Of a stretch of 23,215 nt of DNA, positions 10,680-21,160 are shown piece after piece. Source of the DNA: Octopus sinensis (taxonomy: Eukaryota); assembly GCF_006345805.1 (NCBI RefSeq), contig NW_021836506.1, positions 1 through 23,215 on the forward strand, written 5' to 3'. The notes beneath the pieces are model-generated. The model did not search any database, was not told where the DNA came from, and saw only the letters and a list, made by a program, of their open reading frames with translations. Position 1 is the stretch's first letter. Every line of letters starts with the position of its first letter. A program made the translations under genes and the position numbers.

Positions 10680-11260
10680 GACCTCTCACCCCGTATCCAT
10701 CTCACCCCCAATAGCCACCACTTTTCTCTATCTTGCCCAGCCAACCTACTTCAAGCCGTCTGACCCCTCCGATCCCATCCTTTTACTTCCCAACTCTTCC
10801 ATATTCCACTATATATTCTTCTATAAGCTAGCCTGCAAACCGTTTCATAATGGCTCGTAATTCTTCATCAACTCCCGATTACAACCGGACTCCCCCTGCT
10901 CCCACTCTGTTGCCAAACCCGTTCGTTCCTCACTTCCCAATCCTTTCTCGCCACTGATTAATTAGCTGGACTGTAAATCTCTATATATGGGACAAACTGG
11001 CTTCAGTCTAGTCACACTCTAGCCAACCGATCATGGAACGCCTCGAAAATATCTTTTTCAACAACATTTCGCCCATCTCATGCCATTTCTACTCCGTGGA
11101 CCTCACCATCTCTCCCTGCTTCTTATCGTTTTTAGTCTGGCATCGTTTGACAAAGCATTTGTATCTGAAGAGAACAAGTATTATTAGATATTTTTCTCTT
11201 CAAACCTCTGCCCCCACTTGTACGATCACAATTCCCGTTACCTTCTTTCTTTAATAACCT
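10680..11260 (+). pseudogene. Decayed Penelope-like GIY-YIG endonuclease region
   Basis: 10966-11001 encodes LDCKSLYMGQTG (CxxLYIGQTG-like). After frameshifts come MERLENI..PISCHF (EHL.DI..PVxxHF-like) and FSLQTSAP. Confidence 0.65.
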
Positions 11261-11409
11261 CTTCGAATAACATATCTTCATCTCTACCTCTCTCTCTCTC
11301 TCACACACACGCACACACAAATACACACACAAAAATATACACGAAGAAATAAAAGCTAACAACCACACACGCATACCCGCACATCACTACACACATACAC
11401 ACATACGCT

Positions 11410-11462
11410 TATGTCTATATATATATATAGCCCTTCTTTAGCCCTTGCTTATAAGATATATA

Positions 11463-11498
<36 letters not shown>

Positions 11499-11552
11499 TG
11501 AATGTATGTATGTATGTATATGTGTATGTATATATGTGTATGTATATATGTG

Positions 11553-11583
<31 letters not shown>

Positions 11584-11676
11584 ATGTGTATGTATATGTG
11601 TATGTATATATGTGTATATGTATGTATGTATGTATGTATGTATATGTGTATGTATATATGTGTATGTATATATGTG

Positions 11677-11707
<31 letters not shown>

Positions 11708-11895
11708 ATGTGTATGTATATATGTGTATGTATATATGTGTATATATGTATGTATGTATGTATGTATATGTAAGTAGGCAGGAAGGTAAATATTTATACG
11801 CATCTATATATATGTACATATATGTACATATACATAGATACATATATGTACATATACGTATCTATGTACGTATGTATACACACATACACACACAC
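11410..11895. repeat. (ATGT)/(AT) compound microsatellite with higher-order periodicity
   Basis: Repeated gtatgtatat(at)gtgtat blocks. Confidence 0.9.
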
Positions 11896-12377
11896 TCAAC
11901 AGTAATAATTCCAAAAACGTGCAAAGACATTCAAATTTCAAACAAACACATGCAAATATTATGCTCTCTACCTTCTCACTGATGGCGTTTTAATCTTCTT
12001 TAATCCTACTTAATCCTACATAACATTTTTCCTCCCTCGCTAAAACTATAAAACACGTTTCCAACAATTTCTCCAGAATCAACACCGGAGACCATTGAAG
12101 GGAAATAAGTGCCACTTTCAAGGAAATAATTTTGACGGAAAAAGAAGTTTGGAAAAATAAAGAATTTTTTTTTTTTTGTAATATTTTCCATAATTTTCTG
12201 AGAATAAATGGATATTAAGAGAAAATATCGTGAGAGCTGTTTCAGGTTTCATTTGAACGCAAAACCAATTTCTAAATTAGCCCATACAATATGTTCCTCC
12301 ACATTGCTTTATAAGTACGTACATGCACACACACACACACATGTACACGCGCAAACACACACACACACATATATATA

Positions 12378-13261
12378 CGAGGTCTGATCAATAAGTATCC
12401 GGATTGTTGCCATAGTAACGACGCTGAGGCACCCAGCGTGAAGCTGCTGGGCACAGACTGACCGTGGACGCTGTTGCGCGTGCGCACTAAGTTTTAACGT
12501 TCTAGCTCACTTCCGCTGTTTACAGCAGTGCTTGGAAGGAAGGTGTGTAGCGTGTGATCGTCGCATTCACCATGATAGAGAAAGTTGTCATGGGATACCG
12601 GCTCAGAGTTCTACACTAAGTTGCAGAAAGCGTATGGAGAGGAGTTCATGTGACGCACACAAGTGTGCGAGTGATTCAGATGCTTCCAAGATGGCCGGAA
12701 AAATGTCGATAGCGACAAACGTCCAGGGAGACCTGCAACCAGCAGAACAGAGAAAAACATCACAGGTATGCGTGCAGCTGTGAGGGAAGTCGTCGAATCA
12801 CCATCCCCGAGATATCAGAGGATGTGCAGATTAGTTATGGTTCAGTTCAGTCCATTATCCCTGAAGATTTGGGTATGAGACGCGTGTCTGCCAAGTTTGT
12901 GCCAAAACTGCTTTCAGCTGACCAAAAGGACACTCGGGTTTTAGTTGCAGAAGATTTCCTTGATTGTGCCGAGAACGGTGAAAACTTTTTGAAAGCTTCG
13001 CGTAGGCCTCTGAAAGGCATCGCCAAGCTTTTAGCAAAGTTTGATAGAGATTTTCTGCTAAACTTTCTCTGTCATGGTCAATGCGACGATCACACGCTAT
13101 ACACGTTTCTTCCAAGCACTGCTGTAAACAGCGGAAGTGAGCTAGAACGTTAAATCTTTGTGCGCATGCACAGCTGAGTTCAAGGTCAATCTATGCAAAG
13201 AGTCTGCACTCTGCGTGCTTTAGCTTCGTTACTATGGCAACAGTTTGGATACCTTTTGATC
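12378..13261 (+). mobile_element. Non-autonomous mariner derivative with ~200-bp inverted arms
   Basis: Starts TA|CGAGGTCTGATCAATAAG. 12386-12586 is an inverted repeat of 13061-13261. The extreme right terminus is missing. Confidence 0.9.
12572..12994 (+). pseudogene. Mariner transposase N-terminal fragment (HTH to linker), with stops and frameshifts
   Basis: RTQVCE*FRCFQDGRKNVDSDKRPGRP...ISYGSVQSIIPEDLGMRRVSAKFVPKLL (WVPHEL-like motif). No catalytic DD34D domain. Confidence 0.9.
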
Positions 13262-13526
13262 CCTTCTCTTGCACTCTCCTGCCTTAGAACTTTTTCTTGG
13301 CCCATTCCCTTCTGGTCATTTCAATATGTGACCGCGTGTGTATCGTTGGCGATTTTCTTTCTCCGTCTTCCCTTCTTTGGACTTTTTCTATATTATTGAT
13401 GAAGAGCTCTGCTCGAAACGTGAAATCCTCTTTCTTTTGTTTCCTTTCCTGAGCGTCCAATAACACAGTACTTGCTCCACGTCCTCGCGTTGTTATTTTT
13501 TCTTGCCTGTTCTTGTTTGGATTGAC

Positions 13527-13530
<4 letters not shown>
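13262..13530 (+). mobile_element. Short hammerhead-motif-bearing element (family H1) ending in (TA)n
   Basis: Aligns with the reverse complement of 22572-22775. Motif TTGATGA-A-GAGC-TCT-GCTC-GAAA-CG-TG at 13396-13422. Confidence 0.75.
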
Positions 13531-13587
<57 letters not shown>

Positions 13588-13591
13588 ATAT

Positions 13592-13626
<35 letters not shown>

Positions 13627-13740
13627 TCAGATGAATATGGTACTTCTGTTGAAGCACCAGAATTTAGTACGGTATTATCCATACAATTTGAAAGTAAGGT
13701 GATTAAAATCAAAATAAGCAACAAGGATATCCAGAGGTAA

Positions 13741-13827
13741 TGCAGTACGATCGTTTCAGGCAACTTCTTTTAATTGAACAATGCAATCATTACATTAATT
13801 TAAAATGCAGAGCAATCTTAAGCTGCA
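13741..13827 (-). ncRNA. Type-I hammerhead-like motif with palindromic stem III
   Basis: Minus strand: TGCAG-CTTAAGA-TTGC..(long insert)..GCCT-GAAA-CGATCG-TA-CTGCA. Stem I TGCAG/CTGCA. The inverted copy at 13949-13955 keeps the canonical CTGAAGA. Confidence 0.55.
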
Positions 13828-13964
13828 CAAAGATATAGAATTTAATTAAATTAGAACCGATGGACACAGTATAATTATACCAAAAAATCTCCAAGATACT
13901 AATGTGTCCATCTGTTCTAATTTAATTAAATTCTATATCTTTGTGCAGCTGAAGATTGCTCTGC
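13807..13964. repeat. 62-bp inverted repeat, 34-bp spacer
   Basis: 13807-13868 versus 13903-13964, two mismatches. Confidence 0.95.
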
Positions 13965-14183
13965 TCCCTCCTCCTCATCTGATGATGGTGATAAAGACGT
14001 AAGGGTTTAACTTACATCTTGCAACATCTACCCTATATGCACCGAATCAGGTGACCACGCAGAGGCCTCCCCATTGGCTTCCTGCAATAGTCTTTGCTGC
14101 TTAGCTCCAAGTCGGTCCTGATACGACAAATATATCATGAAATGTGTTCCAGCTCTCACCGACGATCCGGTCAGTTCAGTGTT

Positions 14184-14290
14184 ATCCAACGTATCTCCTC
14201 TTTGCCTAACACTGTAGGGCATGATATGAAGCAGATTTGGTTGTTATTTCTAGCACATCGAATCACTCCGAAGCGGCTCCCTCGTTTGTG
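14184..14290 (-). repeat. Dispersed repeat related to 16640-16750
   Basis: Reverse complement gatgtgctagaaataacaaccaaatc..tcatatca..gtgttagg..ggataa matches the end of the tandem array region. Confidence 0.55.
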
Positions 14291-14529
14291 GAATGCTAGC
14301 CCAGCCGTGACCATTCCTTTTAGAAAGGTAATTAATCACAGGTGATTAATTATCTACCGTTTAGTCCCTGTTGGTCTCTCTATCGATCTGTCCTGTTGAT
14401 CAATTTATTGAATTACTGACGATGTCTTTTCAAGAATATAATTCTCCGCCATATTGAGTTGTCTCGAAAAGTTCTTGTAACTTTGTTCATTCATTCCATA
14501 GTCTTCTCTCTCTTTCTTTCTTTCATTCA

Positions 14530-14571
<42 letters not shown>

Positions 14572-14750
14572 ATTCCATTCATGGCTAATATTGACTACAG
14601 TTAATAGTTAAGTTGCTGCTAACATATTTAACGCAACTAACATTAAAAAGCTAAAGCGAACAACAAATAATTATGCGGTGAGAATAAGAAAAATAGACTA
14701 TTAGTCATCGACTAATATTATGTTAATTATTTCTGCGAGTAGGGGAGACA

Positions 14751-14792
14751 ACTCAGGACGTTTCGGTCTCGTAGTAACCTCATCAGTAAAGC
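14751..14792 (-). ncRNA. Minimal hammerhead motif, intact core
   Basis: CTGATGA-GGT-TACTACGAG-ACC-GAAA-CG-TC. Stem I is degenerate. Confidence 0.65.
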
Positions 14793-14894
14793 CTAGGGTC
14801 CACAGTACACGACAAAATAATAATGAATTTATTCTAGTTTTCTACAACCAATGTAGATTCAGTTACATGTACATGACAAGTACGGCGAAATCTG

Positions 14895-14940
14895 AGCTTT
14901 GCTGATGAGCCCCTAAGAAGGTAGAAATATGTCTAAAGTT
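14895..14940 (+). ncRNA. Minimal hammerhead motif, intact core
   Basis: AGCTTTG-CTGATGA-GCC..GGT-A-GAAA-TATG-TC-TAAAGTT. Stem I is 7 bp with two G-U pairs. Confidence 0.6.
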
Positions 14941-15458
14941 GTCCCCCGCCTTACTTACAGAAATAATCAAAATAATATCAATCAATGTCTAATACCTCTT
15001 CCCCCCCACCACCACCACCACCACCACACACACACCATCGTATATTTATTTCCTGTTAATGTATTAATACACATTGCATTAAATATGTTAACGTTAACTT
15101 CAGGAAATACGTACAATATACTTTGGTGTTACTCTGTGTTATCGAATTTTTTTTTTTTTTTTTCGCTTGTCTGTAATTGTTGCAATTCTCTCCAAACCTC
15201 TACAGACACAAAGACGAAAAGAGAAAAACACCTGAGATATTTTGCTACCAGCTAAATCTATTTGGCTATCACTGAACACGTAGCAGTACAACGATTGCAG
15301 ATGTGCTTCGGCTTTGGATTATACATGTCTCCAGAGACTAACATAATGTTATTTAAAGATTTATTTCTGCAGTGTATAAGAAGAATACTTTGAGATGTCT
15401 TTAGTACAACTTGTATACTTTGGGAAACTTTCGTGCTCTGCTAACTGCAGTGGCATCA

Positions 15459-16453
15459 GCAGACCTAAAGTCTTAGATCGATTCCTGGTTAACGAGACGT
15501 ACCTACTCGATCTGCAAGAAATAGCAGTCAAATTACGAGATTCTGCAGGCCTAAAGTCTTAGATCGATTCCTGGTTAACGAGACGACGGTATTGCCTGCA
15601 CGTAGCTACTTGATCTGCTAGAAATAGCAGTCAGATTACTAGATTCTGCAAACCTAAAGTCTCAGATCGATTCCTGGTTAACAAGACGACGGCATTGCCA
15701 ACACGTAGCTACTCGATCTGCTAGAAATAGCAGTCAGATTACTAGATTCTGCAAACCTAAAGTCTCAGATCGATTCCTGGTTAACGAGACGACGGTATTG
15801 CCAACACGTAGCTACTCGATCTGCTAGAAATAGCAGTCAGATTACTAGATTCTGCAAACCTAAAATCTTAGATCGATTCCTGGTTAATGAGACGACGGCA
15901 TTGCCAACACGTAGCTACTCGATCTGCTAGAAATAGCAGTCAGATTACGAGATTCTGAAAACCTAAAGTCTTAGATCGATTCCTGGTTAACGAGACGTAG
16001 CAACTCGATCTGCTAGAAATAGCAGTCAAATTACGAGATTCTGCAAACCTAAAGTCTTAGATCGATTCCTGGTTAACGAGAGCTGGCAGAATCGTTAGCA
16101 CGCCGGGCGAAATGCTCAGCGGAATTTCGTCTGCCGTTACGTTGTGAGCTCAAATTCCGCCGAGGTCGACTTTGCCTTTCATCCTTTCGGGGTCGATAGA
16201 TTAAGTACCAGTTACGCACTGGGGTCGATGTAATCGACTTAATACCTATGTCTGTCCTTGTTGGTCCCCTCTGTGTTTAGCCCCTTGTGGGTAATAAAGA
16301 AATAGGTATTGCCTTCACGTAGCTACTCGATCTGCAAGAAATAGCAGTCAAATTACTAGATTCTGCAGACGTAAAATCTTAGATCGATTCCTGGTTAACG
16401 AGACGACGGTATTGCCTTCACGTAGCTAATCGATCTGCTAGAAAGAGCAGTCA
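15459..16453. repeat. Tandem array of 103/86-bp units interrupted by a SINE
   Basis: Unit anchors at 15464, 15550, 15653, 15756, 15859, 15962, 16048 and 16370. Confidence 0.95.
16082..16304 (+). mobile_element. SINE family 2 inserted in the tandem array
   Basis: gctggcagaatcgttagcacgccgggcg...tttagccccttgtgggtaataaagaaata; matches the 3169-3386 and 17686-17911 copies. Confidence 0.9.
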
Positions 16454-16700
16454 AGATCGCTAGGGCTTCTCGAAGTGGCAGTCAAATTACAAGACTTGTT
16501 AAAAGTTGCAGTCAAAATCACTAGATCTACTAGAAGTAGCAGCCAAATCCCTTAAACTGCTAGAAGTAGCTGTCAAATCACCAGACCACTAGAAGCAGCT
16601 GACAAAATCAATTGATCTACGTGCAGTACAAGTCAAATCCGTCGATCTGCTAGAAATAGCAGTCAATTTACTAGATTCTGCAGGATGTAGAGGTCAAATC
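16430..16700. repeat. Degenerate ~30-bp minisatellite (gatctgctagaaatagcagtcaaat-like)
   Basis: About nine diverged copies. Confidence 0.75.
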
Positions 16701-16883
16701 GTCCTCATATCACAGTGTCGTGTTAGGAAATGACACATCGGATAATGTGATCTTGGCTGTACATTATCAATTAGGAAAAATGCGGAATGGTCACGGATGG
16801 AATACTTTTGCTTATAAACTTACATGGTCGGTGTGACGTGTGTCTAAGCAACAACAACAATAACAACAACAGCAATAGCAGCA

Positions 16884-17277
16884 GGAGGCGCAATGGCCCA
16901 ATGGTTAGAGCAGCGGACTCGCGGTCGGGGGATCGCGGTTTCGGTTCCCAGACCGGGCGTTGTGTGTGTTATTGAGCGAAATCACCTAAAGCTCCACGAG
17001 GCTCCGGCATGGGGTGGTCGCGACCCCAGTTGTACTCTTTCGCTCTAACTTTCTCTCTTTCTTCCTGTTTCTTGTACCCGATTTCCTACGCAACCGCTGA
17101 GCCTGGATGCGCATTCATCCATCCGTCGATGCTCTTGGCGTCGGGGGGGTTGACCTGCTTTCTCTTCTGCGGGTCTTACGAATAGCAAAGGACCACGTTT
17201 CGGACTTCTCCCATCTTGTGAGCTCTGGGACGAAGACCGTTCGCTCAACAGCAACAGCAACAGCCGCAGCAACAACA
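16884..17277 (+). mobile_element. Full-length tRNA-derived SINE with (CAA/CAG)n tail
   Basis: A-box-like tggcccaatgg, B-box-like gtttcggttcc. CAA/CAG repeats on both sides. Confidence 0.8.
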
Positions 17278-17476
17278 CAATCCTAAATTAAAGACAAATA
17301 TAATTAGATATTCGATGTGTTAGTGACGCACTGTTAATTGCTTCACATTTCTGATTTTCATTCAGTATCCATCAACGGGTGGGCGAGAATCAAGGTTTCA
17401 AAAGACGGGTAAAAGCAAGAGATTTAACCCATCGCAAGCTGAAATCAATACCGTTCGTGAAGGGTTTCTTTCAAGA

Positions 17477-17544
17477 GTGGAAATGAACCCGGAACCATGT
17501 GGTTGGTAAGCAAGCTACTTACCATTTAGCCACTCTAGCGCTAT
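17477..17544 (-). mobile_element. SINE family 1 tRNA head fragment
   Basis: gaacccggaaccatgtggttggtaagcaagctacttacca matches 20260-20300. Confidence 0.8.
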
Positions 17545-17557
17545 TTTTTTCTCATAT

Positions 17558-17677
17558 GGAGGCGCGTGGGTTAGTGGTTAGGGTGTCAGCATCAGGATCG
17601 TAAGATTGTGGTTTCGATTCCTGGACCGGGCGACGCGTTGTGTTCTTGAGCAAAACACTTCATTTCACGTTGCTCCA
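17558..17677 (+). mobile_element. tRNA-derived SINE family 3, 5' part
   Basis: tgggttagtgg A box, gtttcgattcc B box, then ttcttgagcaaaacacttca. Second copy at 21765-21878 (-). Confidence 0.75.
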
Positions 17678-17685
17678 AAAAAAAA

Positions 17686-17911
17686 GGCGGTGAGCTGGCA
17701 GTATCGTTAGCACGCCGGGCGAAATATTTAGAGGTATTTCGTCTGCCGATGCGTTCTGAGTTCAAATTCAGCTGAGGTTGACTTTGCCTTTCATCCTTCG
17801 GGGTCGATAAATAAAGTACTAGTTTCGCACTGGGTCGATGTAATCGACTTAATCCCTTCGTCTGTCCTTGTTTGTCCCCGCTGTTTAGCCCCTTGTGGGT
17901 AGTAAAGAAAT
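17686..17911 (+). mobile_element. SINE family 2
   Basis: Aligns end to end with 16082-16304. Confidence 0.9.
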
Positions 17912-18060
17912 TTTTTTTTCTCTCTTTCAATCCTTTTTGTCAAAGAGCATAGGCTCGAAACACAAAAAGACTTTACCATTCTTCCCAAGCGTTAAACTAA
18001 TACACCTGCTTGTTGTACCTTCACCTGTCTTCGTTTTTTGTTTTTCTGTAACTTTGAACT
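17912..18060 (+). mobile_element. Short hammerhead-motif-bearing element (H1 subfamily b), decayed core
   Basis: GAGC-ATAG-GCTC-GAAA at 17945-17960. Body aligns with the reverse complement of 20862-21010. Confidence 0.7.
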
Positions 18061-18061
18061 C

Positions 18062-18600
18062 AGTGTGTGTGCGTGTGTGTGTGTGTGTGCTAATTACGCA
18101 TATTATACATATACGCATATCATAAATGTATGTGTGTATATATATATGTGTGTGTGTATGAATATATATGTATATATATATATATACACTCACACACTCA
18201 CACGCACACATACACACACATACACACACATATATATATATGCATGTACGTATGTGTATGTATACATACATAAGCAGACAATGTATTTACAAAGTTCCTC
18301 GTCACTATTTGTATACATTTGTCAGAGTCCTCCATCACCACCACCACCACCACTTCCACTTATAAATACACACACACACACAAACACACACACATGTATG
18401 TATGTATGTATATGTATGTATGAATGAATGTATGGATGTATATATATAACTGCCTAATTCTAAGAAATAATACATTCAAATTACACATGTTCATACACAC
18501 ACACTCTCTCTCTTCCTCTCTCTCTCCCTTTCTCTCTCTCTCTCTCTCTCTCTCCCTCTCTCTCACACACACACACACACACCACATACCATACACATAC
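18062..18600. repeat. Mixed (GT),(TA),(CA),(CT) microsatellites
   Basis: Directly visible. Confidence 0.9.
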
Positions 18601-18854
18601 ATTCACGTGGGTGAAGGGTAAGAGTAATCTATGCGCATGTGTAGACACGGCAGCGACAGGAATTAATTGCAAAAACAGTCAATAAGAAGTAAAAAAAACC
18701 CAAAAAAACAAGAAACTAAATACAAAAAAAGCGTGGGCAAGTATTTATGGATATTAATAAGGGATTACTTTATCTTGCTTTCACGAGCAATTAACGACGG
18801 CTGGTCTCGTATAAACATAACAGAACGACAACAACGTAGAGTTCATATACACAA

Positions 18855-18908
18855 AATAATAATAATAATAATAATAATAAATAATTAAAAATAATAATAA
18901 TAATAATA

Positions 18909-18940
<32 letters not shown>

Positions 18941-19081
18941 GTAATAGTAATAATAATAATAATAGTAATAGTAATATGTATATGATGATTAATAATACCA
19001 ATAATAATAATAATATAATATGATAATAATGATGATGATGATAATAATAATAATAATAATATAATAATAATGTTAATAATG

Positions 19082-19133
<52 letters not shown>

Positions 19134-19222
19134 TGATGATGATAATATAATAATAATAATATATTAATGAATAATAATGTAATAATAATATTAAAATAAT
19201 ATAATATGATGATGATGAGGAT

Positions 19223-19255
<33 letters not shown>

Positions 19256-19272
19256 TAAGTGATGATATTATA

Positions 19273-19309
<37 letters not shown>

Positions 19310-19462
19310 GTAATAATTAATAATAATAATATAATATAATAATAATAATAATAATCATAAAATGATGATGATAATAATAATAATAATGATAATAATGATG
19401 ATGATAATAATAATAATAATAATAATAATAATATAATAATAATAATAATAATAATATAATGA

Positions 19463-19511
<49 letters not shown>

Positions 19512-19564
19512 CATAATAATGATGATTGATTATGATAATAATAATAATGATATTAATAATAATA

Positions 19565-19645
<81 letters not shown>

Positions 19646-19649
19646 CAAT
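18855..19649. repeat. ~800-bp (AAT)n microsatellite with GAT/AGT variants
   Basis: Directly visible. Confidence 0.97.
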
Positions 19650-19929
19650 ATCTCTTGTGGGTCTATCGATCAACCAAACCCAGTTTTTACGGTGCAGCGG
19701 CGCTGATTTCCTAACCGAAGGAGTAAGCTTGCTGAACAGTAACTACCAATGACGGTCAATAATTATTATCTACGGTGTATTTATAGCATTTTTATGACGA
19801 CTAAAATGGTGGAATGGAGACGGACAACGATATCGCTTCTCGATGTTGTCTAACATCACCTCCGTTCCGATTTAAAAACTTTGTCCAGCGACGTTTCAGA
19901 CAATTTCGGACTCGATACATATCTCGCTA

Positions 19930-20303
19930 TACTCTTTTACTCTTTTACTTGTTTCAGTCATTTGACTGCGGCCATGCTGGAGCACACGCCTTTAGTCGAG
20001 CAAATCGACCCCAGGACTTATTCATTGTAAGCCCAGTACTCTTATTCTATCGGTCTCTTTTGCCGAACCGCTAGTGACGGGGACGTAACACACCAGCATC
20101 GGTTTGTCAAGCAATGCTAGGGGGGGACAACACAAACACACCTATATACATATATACGACAGGCTCTTTTCAGTTTCCGTCTACCAAATCCACTCACAAG
20201 GCATTGGTCGGCCCGGGGCTATAGCAGGACACTTGCCCAAGATGCCACGCAGTGGGACTGAAACCGGAACCATGTGGTTGGTTAGCAAGCTACTTACCAC
20301 ACA
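19930..20303 (-). mobile_element. SINE family 1, nearly full length
   Basis: Reverse complement of 20362-20850; tail (GTAAAAGA)n. Confidence 0.9.
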
Positions 20304-20361
20304 CAAACACACACCACACACACACACACCACACATATAGTATGTTCATCACAATATATAT

Positions 20362-20525
20362 AGGCGCAGTAGTGGCTGTGTGGTAAGTAGCTTGCTTACC
20401 AACCATATGGTTCCGGGTTCAGTCCCACTGCATGGCACCTTGGGCAAATGTCTTTTACTATAGCCTCATACTGACCAAAGCTTTGTGAGTGGATTTGGTA
20501 GACGGAAACTGAAAGAAGCCCGTCG

Positions 20526-20565
<40 letters not shown>

Positions 20566-20850
20566 AATATTATCTTATATATCTATATATTATTTATTAG
20601 TATGTATGTATGTATGTCTGTGTATATTTTTGTGTGTCTGTGTTTGCCCCCTAACATCGCTTGACAACCGATGCTGGTGTGTTTACGTCCCCGTCACATA
20701 GCGGTTCGGCAAGGGAGATGGTAGATTGAATAAGTACTCATCTTACAAAGAATAAGTCCTGGGGTCGATTTGCTCGACTAAAAGCGGTGCTCCAGCATGG
20801 TCACACTCAAATGACTGAAACAAGTAAAAGAATAAAAGAATAAAAGAATA
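20362..20850 (+). mobile_element. SINE family 1, full length, with internal (TA)n
   Basis: tggctgtgtgg A box, ggttcagtcc B box, CORE-like ccttgggcaa, (AATAAAAG)n tail. Confidence 0.9.
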
Positions 20851-20861
20851 CATACATACAT

Positions 20862-21015
20862 AGTTAAATTTACAGAAAACAAAAGACGAAGACAGGTGAC
20901 GGAACAACAAGCAGGGGATATTAGTTTGACGCTCGGGAAGTATGGAAAAGTTTTTGACATTTCGAGCCTACGCTCGTCAACAGAAAGGATTGAAAGAGAA
21001 AAGAAAGTAGAGAGA
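20862..21015 (-). mobile_element. Short hammerhead-motif-bearing element (H1 subfamily b)
   Basis: Minus strand 20987-20951: CTTT-CTGTTGA-C-GAGC-GTAG-GCTC-GAAA-TG-TC-AAAA. Confidence 0.7.
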
Positions 21016-21117
21016 ATGAGAAAAAAACAGAGAGAGAAATAAATATGCAGGGATTAACGGTATAACATGAGGAAAAAATATATATATAAACGTGTGTGTG
21101 CGTGTGTGTGTAAGTAT

Positions 21118-21160
<43 letters not shown>

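Noticed and set aside
13979-14030. CTGATGA followed by a hairpin
   Set aside because: No GAAA or cleavage triplet in the required position.
15459-16700. CRISPR-like appearance of the array
   Set aside because: Intervening sequence is repeated rather than unique spacers, there are no cas genes, and the context is eukaryotic.
16884-16958. tRNA gene (also 17558-17632 and 20362-20435)
   Set aside because: Imperfect cloverleaf that continues into SINE bodies; these are SINE heads.
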